A stretch of 64,000 bases of DNA from Eledone cirrhosa (lineage: Eukaryota): positions 38,564,001-38,628,000 of the forward strand of contig OZ024741.1 of NCBI GenBank assembly GCA_964016885.1. Direction: 5' to 3'. The translations under genes were made by a program, and so were the position numbers. The notes below the pieces were generated by a model. The model was given only the letters and a program-made list of their open reading frames with translations. It did no database searches and was not told where the DNA came from. Shown here piece after piece: positions 1 to 12,825 of the stretch. Position 1 is the first letter of the stretch; every line of letters begins with the position of its first letter.

Positions 1-100
1 CGTTTTTTAATTCGATCAGCCAATAACCTCCACTCGTCCCAATCACCACCCTCCCCTACCACCAAAAAACGTATCAATACCACCATATCACAATGACAGT

Positions 101-154
101 TGGCTTTAATGATGATTTCCTTTGAATGAAACAGTTCTAGTCTTGTAGAAGCCA
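101..154 (+). ncRNA. Degenerate type-I hammerhead ribozyme motif in a Penelope-type terminal fragment (about 1-235)
   Basis: TGGCTTT-aATGATGA-tttcctttgaat-GAAA-CAG ttctagtc TTG-TA-GAAGCCA. Stem I is TGGCTTT/GAAGCCA and core C3 is mutated. Homologous to 16514-16564. Confidence 0.55.
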
Positions 155-233
155 CTTCTATATTAAATATTGTATACACTATACTATGTATTGAGTACCT
201 TACTTACTGTGATTACCCACGATTGAACCCGAG

Positions 234-300
<67 letters not shown>

Positions 301-589
301 TATATATATATATATACAGTCAAGGCCATATGCAGTTGTGTGTAATAAACTTACACACTACTGCATATAGACTTCACTGTATTTAATATTCTATAATGCT
401 CCGGCTTGCAATGTTTATAGATGTCGTGGAGCGTTTAATTCTATCTGGATGACCGTTAACCAACTAGAATGTGAATTGTACAAACCTGGCCCGTTAGCTC
501 CCTCTAAAAATAATACATACATTCATACAGGATGGCTGCAAATTCTGCGAAGAGTACTGCAATCGCTTGTCAGGTTATAGAGTTTGGTG

Positions 590-995
590 CACTTTTAGGC
601 TATGGCTAGTCACACAAACCCTGAACAAGCAATCCTTGTGCTTTGAAGGATTTTCTAAGTGGGGAAGGGCCTTGCACTCGTCCAATCCCACCCTCTGATC
701 ATCGTAAACACTACCCGAAAAGGAGAACTAGTCAAAATCATTGGATGCTTCCGAAGCCGCAGATTTTTTCTTTTTTTCAAAGTTTCCCTCTCCTAGAAAC
801 GTGTTGTGACAACAACTGGAGGCCTTTCCCTCCCAGATGGAAAAAAAGTACTATTTGGATGGCCGTTGACTCTGTTGAGTTCCTCCGCTCTTGACCGAGT
901 CTTGTATTTCATCCCGCAGGGTGTCCAAATATCACCCTCCTCACCAAACTAGCTTGGTGGGGTTTCCGGTTTAATCGGCGCGGACCCGACCATCA
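590..995 (-). mobile_element. Diverged RTE 5'-UTR-type non-autonomous element head
   Basis: The reverse complement has ATGGTCGGGTC..TAAA..CCCCACCAAG..TTGGTGAGGAGGGTGA..GGCCATCCAAA..TCTAGGAGAGGGAAACT..GTGGGATTGG..GTGC..CCCACTT..GCACA, collinear with 59198-59595. Confidence 0.7.
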
Positions 996-1094
996 CTTAC
1001 GTACATGTATTCGTACGTACCTACATATATTCATACACACACAAACACACATATTCATTCATGCATAGTGTGAGTATCTATAATTGAAATACTA

Positions 1095-1545
1095 CGAGGG
1101 GATGCTGAAAAGTTCCTGGCTTTGGGTAAAATAAAATACAAGAGGATCAGTTAATTATAACTTTATTCAACATATTCCCCTCTCAGATCCACACACTTAT
1201 TCCCCTGTCCTTCAGTTTTTCTAAGCCCTCTAAAAAGAACTCGGAAGTTTGGGCCTCCATCCAGGTCTCTGTAGCAGCTTAACTCGTTAGTTACCAGCCC
1301 GGCCAGAAACCGAGTATGGTTCTATGAAATAAAACCACATATTTTAAAGGTTTCCAATTTAAATTAAAATCTTCCAGCCTAATTTTATATAAGAACCTTA
1401 CATTAAGTTACTATTTTGGTAATGAAATAATTAATGATTTTAGAAAATCCATAAAAATTCTTCATAAATTAATTAGTATAGTGTACATTTCATTTAAATA
1501 CGGTCATTAAAGGGTTAAAGACAGAACATTTTCAGCATCCCCTTG
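1095..1545. mobile_element. Mariner-type MITE relic containing a nested TTAA-flanked (piggyBac-like) MITE at 1283-1514
   Basis: TIRs TA|CGAGGGGATGCTGAAAAGTTC and GAACATTTTCAGCATCCCCTTG. The internal segment is bounded by TTAA|CTCGTTAG...TAAAGGG|TTAA. Confidence 0.55.
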
Positions 1546-1799
1546 TTTTGTAGCTAAGTATAAGGGTTAAGAAATCAGAGGTTGGGTAAGAAGTTTTATA
1601 GTTGGTGGTGGTAAGAGGTGAATGATGGTAAGAAATGAAGAAGTGAGGTGAACAAATAGGCGTGTTTTGGGAGTACACGATTAGTAGGATAATGGAGTGT
1701 ATAATAGCTTAGACGGGGTTTGTAACACTGACATCAATAGTAGACAGAGAAATAGGGTGTTGGAGTGAATATGATTTTGTAATGTAGGGGGAATATATT

Positions 1800-2428
1800 G
1801 TGTTGTGTGCGTAGATTGAACGTTTTATGTGCCTCATTTACATGTATGTTTGTTCGTGCGTGCAGTGTATGTATGTGCATATGTGTGTCAATGTGTGTGC
1901 CTGTGTGTGCGTTTGTTTGTGGATGCGTATGTGTGTGTGTGTGTGTGTATGTGTGTGTGTGCGTCATTGTATTATTGTGTGCACGCGTGCGTGCTTGTGT
2001 TTGTGGTTTTGTGCGTATGTGAGTGAGAATGAATGAGTGTGAGTATATGTGAGTATGTGTGAGTGAGTGTGTGTATGAGCATGAGCGTGCACGTGTACAT
2101 TCTCGTGTTTGACGTTTTGTGCATGTGTGAGTTAGTGTAAGTGTGGGTGTGTGTGAGTGGGTGTGAGTGTGCGTATGAGTGAGTGTGTGAGTGTGTGTGT
2201 GTGAGTGAGTGTGTGATTCTGATTGTGTTTGACTGTGTATGGACATGTGTGCGTAAGTGTGTTGATGTTTATGTGGTTGTGTGTGAATATTTGCATGTCT
2301 TTTGTGTGTCCATATCTTTTGCGCGGACATATATATATGTATGTGTTTGTTAGTATATGTACAATTGTGCCTGAGCATATTTGTATTTGTATGTGAATGC
2401 ATTAGTGTTTGTATGTGAGTGAGTGTGT

Positions 2429-2460
<32 letters not shown>

Positions 2461-2720
2461 TTGTATCTTTGTACGTACGAATCTCTCTGTGTGTGAATGT
2501 GAGTGGTTGTATGAGAGGGCGTGTGTGTATGTGTTTCTCTGTGAGTGTTTTCATGTCTCTGTGTATGAATGCGCGCGCGCGCGCGTGTGTGTGTATGTGT
2601 ATGTGTATGATTGTATGTGTGGGTGTTTGTATGCCAACGTGTGTGAATGTTTGTCTGTGTGTGAGAGTCTGTGTTTTTCTGTGCAAGTGTGCTTGTGTGA
2701 ATGTGGGTGTTTGTGTGTGG
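1800..2720. repeat. Degenerate (TG)n-rich microsatellite field
   Basis: Seen directly. It explains the His/Thr and Val/Cys ORFs. Confidence 0.95.
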
Positions 2721-3849
2721 AGTTAATTGTTGCCACCACATATCATCATCATCATGATATATATCAGAGACCGGTAATTATCGGTCTCTGATATATATGA
2801 TGATGATGATGATGATGATGAGTGAAGATATTAATGTCTAAGAATGAAGGAGGTTTGTATAATATAAGATTTTCCAACCTGGGCAATATCGCAAACCAAT
2901 GGGGGATTTCACCTGTTAGGTGGATGATGAGCAGCTAAACAGGAAATGGTGGGTGATTGGAAATTTTGGTGGAAGATATAAGATTTTGAGTATTAAGAAT
3001 GTATTTCGACATATGCTACCTGAAGAAAATATTCAAAGGAGATATGCAAAGAACTTGTATAAAAAGCAGTAGCCTAAGCGAGAATAGCTGGACCACATTC
3101 CTAGATGACATAATCTGCCCCAACACAATGACCATTTTGGTATTTTATATAGTTTTGAGAAGAGTCATTAACACTCAAATAGTTCTTCGGACGAAATAAC
3201 ATTTATTTGGATATAATTCAGGTAAGGGTAAGCTAAGAACAACTTTGCCAGTAACTGTAAAATTAAGAAGTGACCCCAGGATAAACTCGCCAATGTCTCC
3301 AGCACCGAAAGATCGCACATAAATTTGACACAAACGATGATCCTTAACAAAGCTGACGACATGCTGTAGACAAGGTGGTGCGGACGGCAATGTTAGACAA
3401 AATATGAGAATCCTAAGATGGGACCTGATCACAGCTCAATGTACATGGTCATATAAATAGTTGTTGGATTGTATTGATCGCTAAGTTATCGCAACGCTCT
3501 TTTGTTCTCGTATTTGTGGATTATTGAAAATGGACTTCGAGTAACAATATAAATTGTTGAACGAAAACTTTGTTATCTATTGTTACTACTAACATATTTT
3601 CTTAGTGTATAGTACGATTTTTAAACACCCCCAATGTCTCCATTTAAGGAAAATTGTCGTCATTACAGCATTTTATGAATTTATCGTTTTTCCTTAAAGC
3701 CGTCAACTACCTAAGTGTCTTATGTGAAACTAAACTTTCAGCAACGAAGCAATGAAGCCTTCATGCTTAAAGTACCATTTATATTGTAAGCCAGCTGACC
3801 ACAAGGAAATGTCATAGTCTTATTCCTTACAACTTAAGACCTTACGCTT

Positions 3850-4590
3850 ATCACAGAAAGTACTGGGCAGCTACAGACCATGCTAAACAAGCTGAACACC
3901 AAAGGTTTGGTGGTCGACTTGAGGATCAATTGTACAAAAACAAAGTACATGGGGATCGAAGGCGTGACACCCAGTCAGGTTGTGGTTGGAGGCGATGAAA
4001 TCGATGAGGTGGAAAGTTATGTGTATCTCGGCCAAATTATAACCATTGGGCGTGACATGGATAATGGGATTTCGGGGACAATAAGCATTCAACTCAGTGA
4101 AGAATGTGCTGAAATCGGACCTCGAGAAAGTTACTCACGCAAACCTCTTCAACGGAACGGTTCTACCTGCAATGCTCTATGCAAGTGAAACATAGGCGAC
4201 GACGAACAGGGAGGAACACTGGTTAATAAGGGCACAAAGAGCCATGAAAAGGTCAATGCTGGAAATCTCCTGGAGAGATCACATCGGAAACGAGCAAATC
4301 AGGAAAAACACCGGAATAAAGGACGTTATCACCGAGTACCATCTAAACAAACTCTGATGGGCCCAACATATACGGTTCATTGATAATGGGTGGACCCTTG
4401 CAGTTGTCGTGTGGTACTCGTGCGAGCGGAAACGACCACACGGAAGGCCTCAACTCAGCTGAATTGATGATATAATAGCACGCTAATGGAGAATAAAGGC
4501 ACGATCAAGAACGGAAGAGATGAAATGCAGTGGACAGAGGGATTGAAAGCGACATCCCACAGTTTGGCCGGTCAAGGTGATCAAGGTGGT
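3850..4590 (+). mobile_element. Old RTE-clade LINE 3' fragment (late RT and C-terminal region)
   Basis: LRINCTKTKYM...DEVESYVYLGQII, then frameshifted LYASET and W.G-like motifs, and a short tandem tail CAAGGTGATCAAGGTG. Confidence 0.75.
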
Positions 4591-4597
4591 ATATATA

Positions 4598-5859
4598 CAG
4601 GGTGCGGACGGTATTTGAGGACATATGTATTTTTAGTCATTATTTTATTTGACTAATTTTTTTATTGAACTTCCATTTCAGAAAATAACAATGAAAATAA
4701 CTATGCTTACTAATGAAATGAAAATGCATGTTGTGGTTGTGGCTTTGAAAGCTAAGCATGGGGATTTAGAAATTTCTCGTTTTCTGAAAGTTGTAAGACC
4801 TTTTGTCCACAAGATTTGGTGTGAGTTAGAGAAAGAAGATGGAAGAGTATTACCTGTATCAAAACGTAAAAAACATTCCAAACGCACTGATTCTATCAGG
4901 ACACCTTAATTTATTCAGGAAGTTAAGCAAAACATTGATGACAATCCATGAAAATCAATAAGGTCAATTGGAAAACATTTTGGTGTGTCAGAAAAAACAA
5001 TCAGAAATATTGTGCATGAAGACATCAGATACAAATCTTGTGTGGTGAGAAGAGGTCAATTCATGTCAGAAAAAAGAAAAGAAAAGCGTTTAATCAGATC
5101 CAAAACACTTTTAAACAAACTTAAAAATCCACCAGAAGATGATGTGATTTGGTTTTTCTCAGATGAGAAAAACTTTGACCAGGACCACAAAACTAACAGA
5201 AGAAATGACAGGTGGCTATGTGCAGACCCTTCTGAGGTTCCAAGAGAAATGCACACAAAATTTCCTGCAAGTGTTATGGTTTTGGGTGTTGTTAACAATG
5301 AAGGACACGTGTGCCTCCTCGTCCTTTTCCACAAGGCCTTAGGGTGAATGCTTCTGCATATATTGAGGTTCTCGATAAAGTTGTTAAGCCTTGGATCAAC
5401 AGTGTATGCAATGGAAGGCCTTATGTCTTTCAACAAGATTCTGCACCATCACACAAGGCTCAAATGACACAAGAATAGATGGCCGACAATTTGCATGATC
5501 ACATCACCTCCCAACATTTGGCCTCCTAATTCTCCAGGTCTCAATCCACTGGACTACTATGTATGGAGCATTGTTGAGAAAAATGTCAATGAACACCTCC
5601 ATAGCACCAAAGATTCTTTGAAAGCCGCCATAGTTCGAGTCATGTCCGATATGAAGAACAGCACCTTAATCCGAGCTTGCAAACGATTTCGATCCCGTGT
5701 ATAGGCAGTTATTGATGTTTATGTTGGTTTTATTCAATGAAATCATTAAATTGATAAATTATGTTTATGTTTATGTGATTTTTATAAGAATACAGCTTTT
5801 TTCTGTTATTATATAAGCGTTTATTTAAAAACATAAACCTGTCCTCAAATACCGTCCGC

Positions 5860-5861
<2 letters not shown>
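4598..5861 (+). mobile_element. Tc1/mariner superfamily DD37D (maT-type) transposon, transposase inactivated
   Basis: 22-bp TIR GTGCGGACGGTATTTGAGGACA (4602-4623 / 5840-5861) with TA flanks. Motifs WFFSDEK, FQQDSAPSH and WPPNSPGLNPLDY, with 37 residues between the 2nd and 3rd Asp after correcting one frameshift. Contains stops. Confidence 0.9.
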
Positions 5862-5901
<40 letters not shown>

Positions 5902-6169
5902 AATATATAGATATAGATATATATATAGATATAGGCAAAATAAATAAAGCAGCGAGTAGCAATTCATATTTTGTTTTAAACGAATTGCTACTCCCTCATT
6001 TATTCATTTTGCTTATACCTGCTCTGCTTGAACCCTTCATTAAATATTAACCCCTCTTTAATATTTAATACTGCTACCCTAAGCATCGAGCACACCTCGC
6101 TTCGGCTCTCGGCATTTAGTATCCTGTATCACACCTCTCTGCTTCTCTCTTATGATACATATCTCCTCT

Positions 6170-6283
<114 letters not shown>

Positions 6284-6944
6284 ATATAATGGTTAGCTTT
6301 ACCCAAAGCAATGCCAACCGATGTGTTCAGGTAAAATAAAACATTAAAAAATATATCTGACAATAATCTGTTTCAAGTAAAAATATAGCCGTGCGATATT
6401 GACGGAGTTGAGAATGAGTACTCAATACTGAAGTAGAGTTTAAATATTCTTTCGTATGGTTAACTGTTCAACAAAACTAAATATTTAATGGCAGAGGGTG
6501 TATAGATAGAAGACATAGTAGGAGAGTGGGGTAGATGGGTATAGGAGGGAGGTTAGCTATTAGGGGAGGTGTTGGTAATAATAAAGAAGATACGAAAAGA
6601 AGAGAAAGAAGGAAGGTATAAAAAATAGATATGTCTTTTCCATACTGTGTGTGAGAGAGATGGGAGGGAAAGATGTCAATGCAGATACCTGCTCAATTTC
6701 TAGTTTTCAATCAAATCTATTACATATACCCATATATGTACTAGAAGAAAATTATTTCAGTCATAGCTCAAATACTATTTCGGCTAAAATACATAAATTG
6801 TAGAGCATCATTTTTTTCAAATTGATATTTAGGTGTAAACACTTACAGCATATCAAAAGTAAGCATTGCAAGCAAAAAATACATTTTAAAATAAAAATAT
6901 AGGTTCACCTGTAAATTCGTACTTATATAGGGGTTCCGGTCCGA

Positions 6945-6980
<36 letters not shown>

Positions 6981-7317
6981 GTTTTGCGAGGTTTTTGATA
7001 TGAAATCGTGTGTCGAAACAAATATTGTTATACTTGAGGAGGGTCATATTTGTGTAATAATATTGCCAGAATTAATAACAGAACACACTCACTGTTTCGT
7101 TGGCTTTCACTTCTGTGTCTTTTATATCGGTTAATTTAATTTATTCAGTCCTCAATGTTGCCATTGACTGACCAACAGTAAAAAATACAGATATAATATA
7201 GACACAAACACATATATATAGTCTAACAAAGTTCTTTCGTTGCACATCTGCAACATCGTCAGTGGTGCTATTATGTTTCCTCCTGTTGTATTGTATGCCT
7301 ACGCCATAAGTATAACA

Positions 7318-7404
<87 letters not shown>

Positions 7405-8070
7405 TTATTCCTGGTTGAATCGGAGGTAACTACAGAAAGTAAGGTACTCAATACATACCGGAGTACAAAGTGTTAATATATAAGAGATTCTACAGGACTA
7501 GAACTGTTTCATTCATGAGAAATCACCAGGAAGCTGACTGTCCAAGTAAATATAGTGGTATTTATATATTTTTTGGTGGTAGGAGAGGGTGGGAAGTGGG
7601 ATGGTTGGAGGTCATTGGTTGAAAGAAAAGGGAATTCTTTAAAAGCTATAATTTATATTTAGAGTGACAAAGGCAGAAATAATTCTATAAACAAGTTCAG
7701 ATTGGAGTGCCACTCCTTATTTTTAAGTTTCTCTTAAGCTAACAATGCCTATATTTCAGGTGTCTACAAGATGGGTGGAGGTCATGGTTGATGGGTTTAA
7801 AGAAAGGGGAATTCTTTAAAAGCTAATCCTTTAAAGCTTTACTTAGAGTGACAAAGGCAGAAAGAATTCTATAAACAAGTTCAAATTTGGGGTGCCTCTC
7901 CTTATTGTCAAGTTTCTCTTAAGCTATATTTCAGGTGTCTACAAGCACATTCACACACACACAGATAAATACATGTATACATATATATACACATACATAT
8001 ATATATACACACACATATATATACACATATACATACATACGCACACATATACATATAAGTGCATATACGT
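7405..8070 (-). mobile_element. Penelope-type 3'/pLTR non-autonomous element with hammerhead motif (7485-7535, core CTGGTGA)
   Basis: Inverted homolog of about 15930-16567. Has two internal repeats beginning CTTGTAGACACCTGAAATATAG (CRH motif of the PLE ORF end) and terminal TATTGAGTAC. Confidence 0.7.
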
Positions 8071-8079
8071 ACATATAAG

Positions 8080-9400
8080 CGAACTTGTGGGCCTGTACAT
8101 TTTACATCACCTGAAGAACCTCCTTACTGGCCTCACCGGAGGTTTATACTGAGACAACGGCCTCTTCGCCCTGCACAAGTGTAAACCCCAGAACCACTGA
8201 TGGGTTTCGGAGAAACTTAAGCTCGTTCTTCCGTAAACTAGGATTTAGTATAACTATAGAATCTAATATGACTAGGGCCAACCTTTTAGATGTCACTTTC
8301 GACCTAGATACTTCCCTCTATTACCCGTACCACAAACCTAACGAGTCTCTTAGATATATTAATATTAATTCTAACCACCCCACAAAACATCACTGATAAC
8401 TTAGTAAAAAGCGTCTCAATTAGAATCTCCGGCCTCTCGGCCAATGAAGATATATTTAACGCTTCTGCCTCCTACTACAATGACGCCCTCGCCCGCAGCG
8501 GATTTAAAGAAAAGATAACTTACCTAGAAACCACCGCAAGATTGCAGAGGAGGAATAGGCATAAGCAGATTAGTTGGTACAATCCCCCCCCCCCACTTCA
8601 ATAGAGAGGTCTCTACATAGCTAGGACTTTCTTCACTTTGCTGAACACACACTCCCCATACAACATAAATACTACACCATCTTCAATAAGAACACAATAA
8701 GACTCTCCTACTCCACTACACCTAACCTAGCTAGGAATATAGCCAATCCCAATTCTAAAAAATTAAATAACCCAACCACCTCCGAACCCAATCCCCGGAC
8801 TGAAGCCTTGTGCAACTGCCTAAATACGGAAGCCTGTCCACTTGAAAAAAAATGCCTGACAAATGACATCGTATACAAATGTGATGTCATCTCAGGCACC
8901 GATGATAGCAACAACAAAAAGACTTACATCGGCATGACTTCCAATAATTTTAAGACCCGGTGGTATGCCCATAACCACTCGTTCAGAAAACCGGACAAAT
9001 CAAATCGGACAACAATCGCCTCCTACGTTTGGGACCTCAAAAGGAACTCCACCCCCTTCACGCTTAAATGAAAGCTTAAATGAAAGCTTAAATGAAAGCG
9101 CGCCCATACAAGGGAGGACACAAGTGCTGCGACCTTTGAATCTCAGAGAGCTACGAAATATTATTCGCCAAGGGCCAGCTACTGAACAAACTCTCTGAAT
9201 ACTGCCAGAATTGGATGCACAAAAACTTTGCAACTTTCAAATACCTTAAGCCAGTGTTAATGCTGGATGGCTAAAAAAGATTTCCCCTTTTCTTTTAAAA
9301 AAAAACCCCACTCGACAAAAAAGCCCTCCACACCTTCCCACCCTATCCCTACCCCATCTCGACCCGAAACACGGCACTATGGTCAGGTAAGTACTTCTTA
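8080..9400 (+). mobile_element. Penelope-like element, 5'-truncated and decayed (RT C-half plus GIY-YIG endonuclease)
   Basis: ELVGLYIL..GGLY*DNGL (YRDDG-like), LDVTFDL..YYPYHKPN..YININSNHP, CNC..CPL..CL..IVYKC..KTYIGMTSNNFKTRW..H..SF. Contains frameshifts. Confidence 0.9.
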
Positions 9401-9631
9401 CCTATGTGCTATTTCCGCATGTAGAGCTGTATATATGTGTCTGTGTATATGTGTATATTTATGAGTACATGTATGTAAATATTTGTGTGAGTGGCCGTAC
9501 GTATGTATGCGTATGCGTATGTATGAGTATGTTTGTGTGTGTATATATATATATATATATATGTATGTATGAATATGTATATATATATAAGTATATATGT
9601 GTATATGTGTGTGTGTATGTATGTATGTATG

Positions 9632-9693
<62 letters not shown>

Positions 9694-9905
9694 TATTATA
9701 TGTGTGTGTTTGTGTGTGTATGTGTATATATGTATGTATATGTATATGTATGTGTATGTGTATATGTATGTATATGTGTGTGTGTATATGTATATATATA
9801 TATATATATGTATGTATATATATATGTATCTGTGTGTGTATATATATATATATGTATATGTATGTATTTTTTTTATATATGTGTATATATGTATGTGTAT
9901 GTGTG

Positions 9906-9954
<49 letters not shown>

Positions 9955-9958
<4 letters not shown>

Positions 9959-11368
9959 GGAAGCAGAAAACTGCTTATTGTGATCTAGTTCGTGGTTAAG
10001 AAAGCCAGTTTCATGGTCGGTTTCAACGTACGGTTAGGGGTAACACCACAAGTTTGTAAGAATTCCGTTCAATCTTGGAGTATCATAATCTATAAAGCTC
10101 AGTGTGTGGTCATGCTCCTCTCTTATAGAAATCTACGATATAGAATTTCTTCAATTGAAATTTACAATTCAGTATTCGAAATAGTTTCGATTGCGTCTTG
10201 GCACATCTCATTTTTTCAATTTCACCCACAATTACGCAAAAAATAGATAAAACTCAATATTTTACGATTTTTCTCTGTCATTTAAACTGCTAAACTCTTT
10301 CCACTACCATTCAAAATCTATACAACTTCATACTCTCTGCTACTTTCTCTTTCCAAGCTTGATGGTGATACTGTCCGTATTACTCTGTCATATCATCTGC
10401 TTCCCTCTATCTACAACACACACATTTTGCTACTTTCTCTTTTATACTTCAAATTATTACATTTCATACGAAACGACAATTATTCAAAAGCAACAGATAC
10501 ATTTATTCAACAACAAGCGATAAATCTTTTTTAAAACCTCTTTTCCAAACGCAGACAAACACATACTCACTTCAACAACAACAACAACAATCTGCCTTTT
10601 ATAGATAATGATAAAAAATAATATCCTCTATGAGGTCACTAAATCTGCTAGAAACAGCAGCTAACTCTCCCCCATATCACACCCATCCCTACTGTCTTAA
10701 ATTTAGAAAACATATCTTCTATGAGGTCACTAAACCTGCTAGAAACAGCAGCTAACTCTCCTCCATATTACACCACTCCCTACTGTCTTAAATTTAGAAA
10801 ACACATATCCTCTATGAGGTCACTAAACCTGCTAGAAACAACAGCTAACTCTCCCTCATATCACAACCCTCCCTACTGTCTTAAATTTAGAAAACATATC
10901 TTCTATGAGGTCACTAAACCTGCTAGAAACAGCAGCTAACTCTCCTCCATATCACACCACTCCCTACTGTCTTAAATTTAGAAAACACATATCCTCTATG
11001 AGGTCACTAAACCTGCTAGAAATAACAGCTAACTCTCCCTCATATCACAACCCTCCCTACTGTCTTAAATTTAGAAAACACACAGACAACCATGCAGAAC
11101 AACTCCATCGCAGCTCTGTTGTTCGGCTGGCGTCGTCTACGCGCGTGTTGCGCAAGTACTGTGAAACAATAAATTTCAACACTTTTTTGCACAGAGATAA
11201 TATCCATAGGCGAAACTACAATTGTCACTGCTGGCGCAACTCCTGCTTCCAGGTCTGCAATTCATTCACCCAGTGCCTGGCAGACAAAAAAGTGCTGCCA
11301 TAAAATGGGTGGTGCAACCTAACTTTGGTAACTTAATGACCCCGAGCAACGCCGGGCTTTAATGCTAG
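9955..11368 (+). mobile_element. Non-autonomous Helitron-like element (left boundary uncertain)
   Basis: 3' hairpin CCCGAGCAACGCCGGG (11341-11356) followed by CTAG|T at 11365-11369, with an internal minisatellite. Confidence 0.55.
10625..11082. repeat. About 92-bp minisatellite, about 5 copies
   Basis: ATGAGGTCACTAAA recurs at 10629, 10721, 10814, 10905 and 10998. Confidence 0.95.
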
Positions 11369-11377
11369 TAAAGAATT

Positions 11378-11656
11378 AAAGAGAAAACACAGGTAAGCAT
11401 TAAAAAAAGGATTTTATCCAGGTATTTACGACCATTTCATTGGTAAGTGCAACCTTATATTGCTATACTGCAAATAGCAGCCACTCAATGATAATTGTTG
11501 TTCACGTCCAAATTTTCAAAATATTTTGAAAATTTGGACGTGAACAACAATTATCATTGAGTGGCTGTTATTTTAGCAATATAAGGCTGCACTTACCAAT
11601 GAAACGGTCGTAAATACCTGGGTAAAATCCTTTTCTTAATGCTTACCTGTGATTTC

Positions 11657-11662
<6 letters not shown>
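11378..11662. repeat. About 285-bp spacerless palindrome (foldback)
   Basis: Centre TTTTCAAAAT|ATTTTGAAAA at 11522/11523. The inner 45 bp of each arm are perfect and the outer arms have scattered mismatches. Confidence 0.95.
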
Positions 11663-11747
<85 letters not shown>

Positions 11748-12194
11748 CGTATATGTGTATATATATATATATGTGTGTGTGTGCGTATATGTGTATAGGT
11801 GTGTGGTGTGTATAGGTATATATATATATATATAGCTATATATATATATATACCTATACACAAATAAATACACACCACACACCTATACACATATACGCAC
11901 ACACACACACACACATATATATATAATATATATATACATATATATATATATATACATATATACACACACATGTAAATACACACAAACACACATACACTCA
12001 TATATATATATCATAATATACATATACATACATATACACATATATACATATACATACACATATATAAACATATATATATACATATATACACATACATATA
12101 TATATATACACACACAAATACAAACTCGCACAAACACACATATATATATACATATATACACACATAGTATATACATATATATACATATATATAT

Positions 12195-12246
<52 letters not shown>

Positions 12247-12388
12247 TTATATATGTATATATATATGTGTGTGTGTGTGTGTATATATGTATATATATAT
12301 ATGTATATGTATGTATATGTATGTATGTATATATATATATATAATATATGTGTGTATATATATATATATATATGTAAGTGTGTATGTA

Positions 12389-12447
<59 letters not shown>

Positions 12448-12599
12448 ATATGCATGTGAATAGGTGTGTGTGTGTATACGTGTATATATATATATATTTA
12501 GATATATAAATATGTGTGTGTATATATATATATATGTATAAGAGTGTAGTTTTTTGCGCATTTCTGGGAGTAAAAGACTTATATATAAATATATATATG

Positions 12600-12640
<41 letters not shown>

Positions 12641-12731
12641 CGAAGGAAATGTGGTAAGGAACCAGGTGGACCATAACGCACCAAAGTACTCAATACTTGA
12701 GGTAGTAGAGTGGGTAATAGGAACCAGTAAG

Positions 12732-12825
12732 ACCCCGACAGCTGAGCTCAAGCCGTTTCGACGGCTAATTCTGGACTAAATGAAAATTTATCCTGGTATT
12801 TAAATAGCCGATCTTCTCAAGGGGT
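12732..12825 (-). ncRNA. Type-I hammerhead ribozyme, U3-A8 core variant (pLTR copy 1)
   Basis: Reverse complement of 15793-15886. Confidence 0.8.

Noticed and set aside
2830-3440. Unique-looking stretch with short ORFs as a possible host exon
   Set aside because: No recognisable motifs, stops in all frames and no convincing splice structure.
6435-6480. Minus-strand TTGAACA..GAAA..AAACT near a TATTGAGTAC motif
   Set aside because: The 3-8 pair is mismatched and stems II and III are poor. At best it is a decayed ribozyme, not supportable as a feature.
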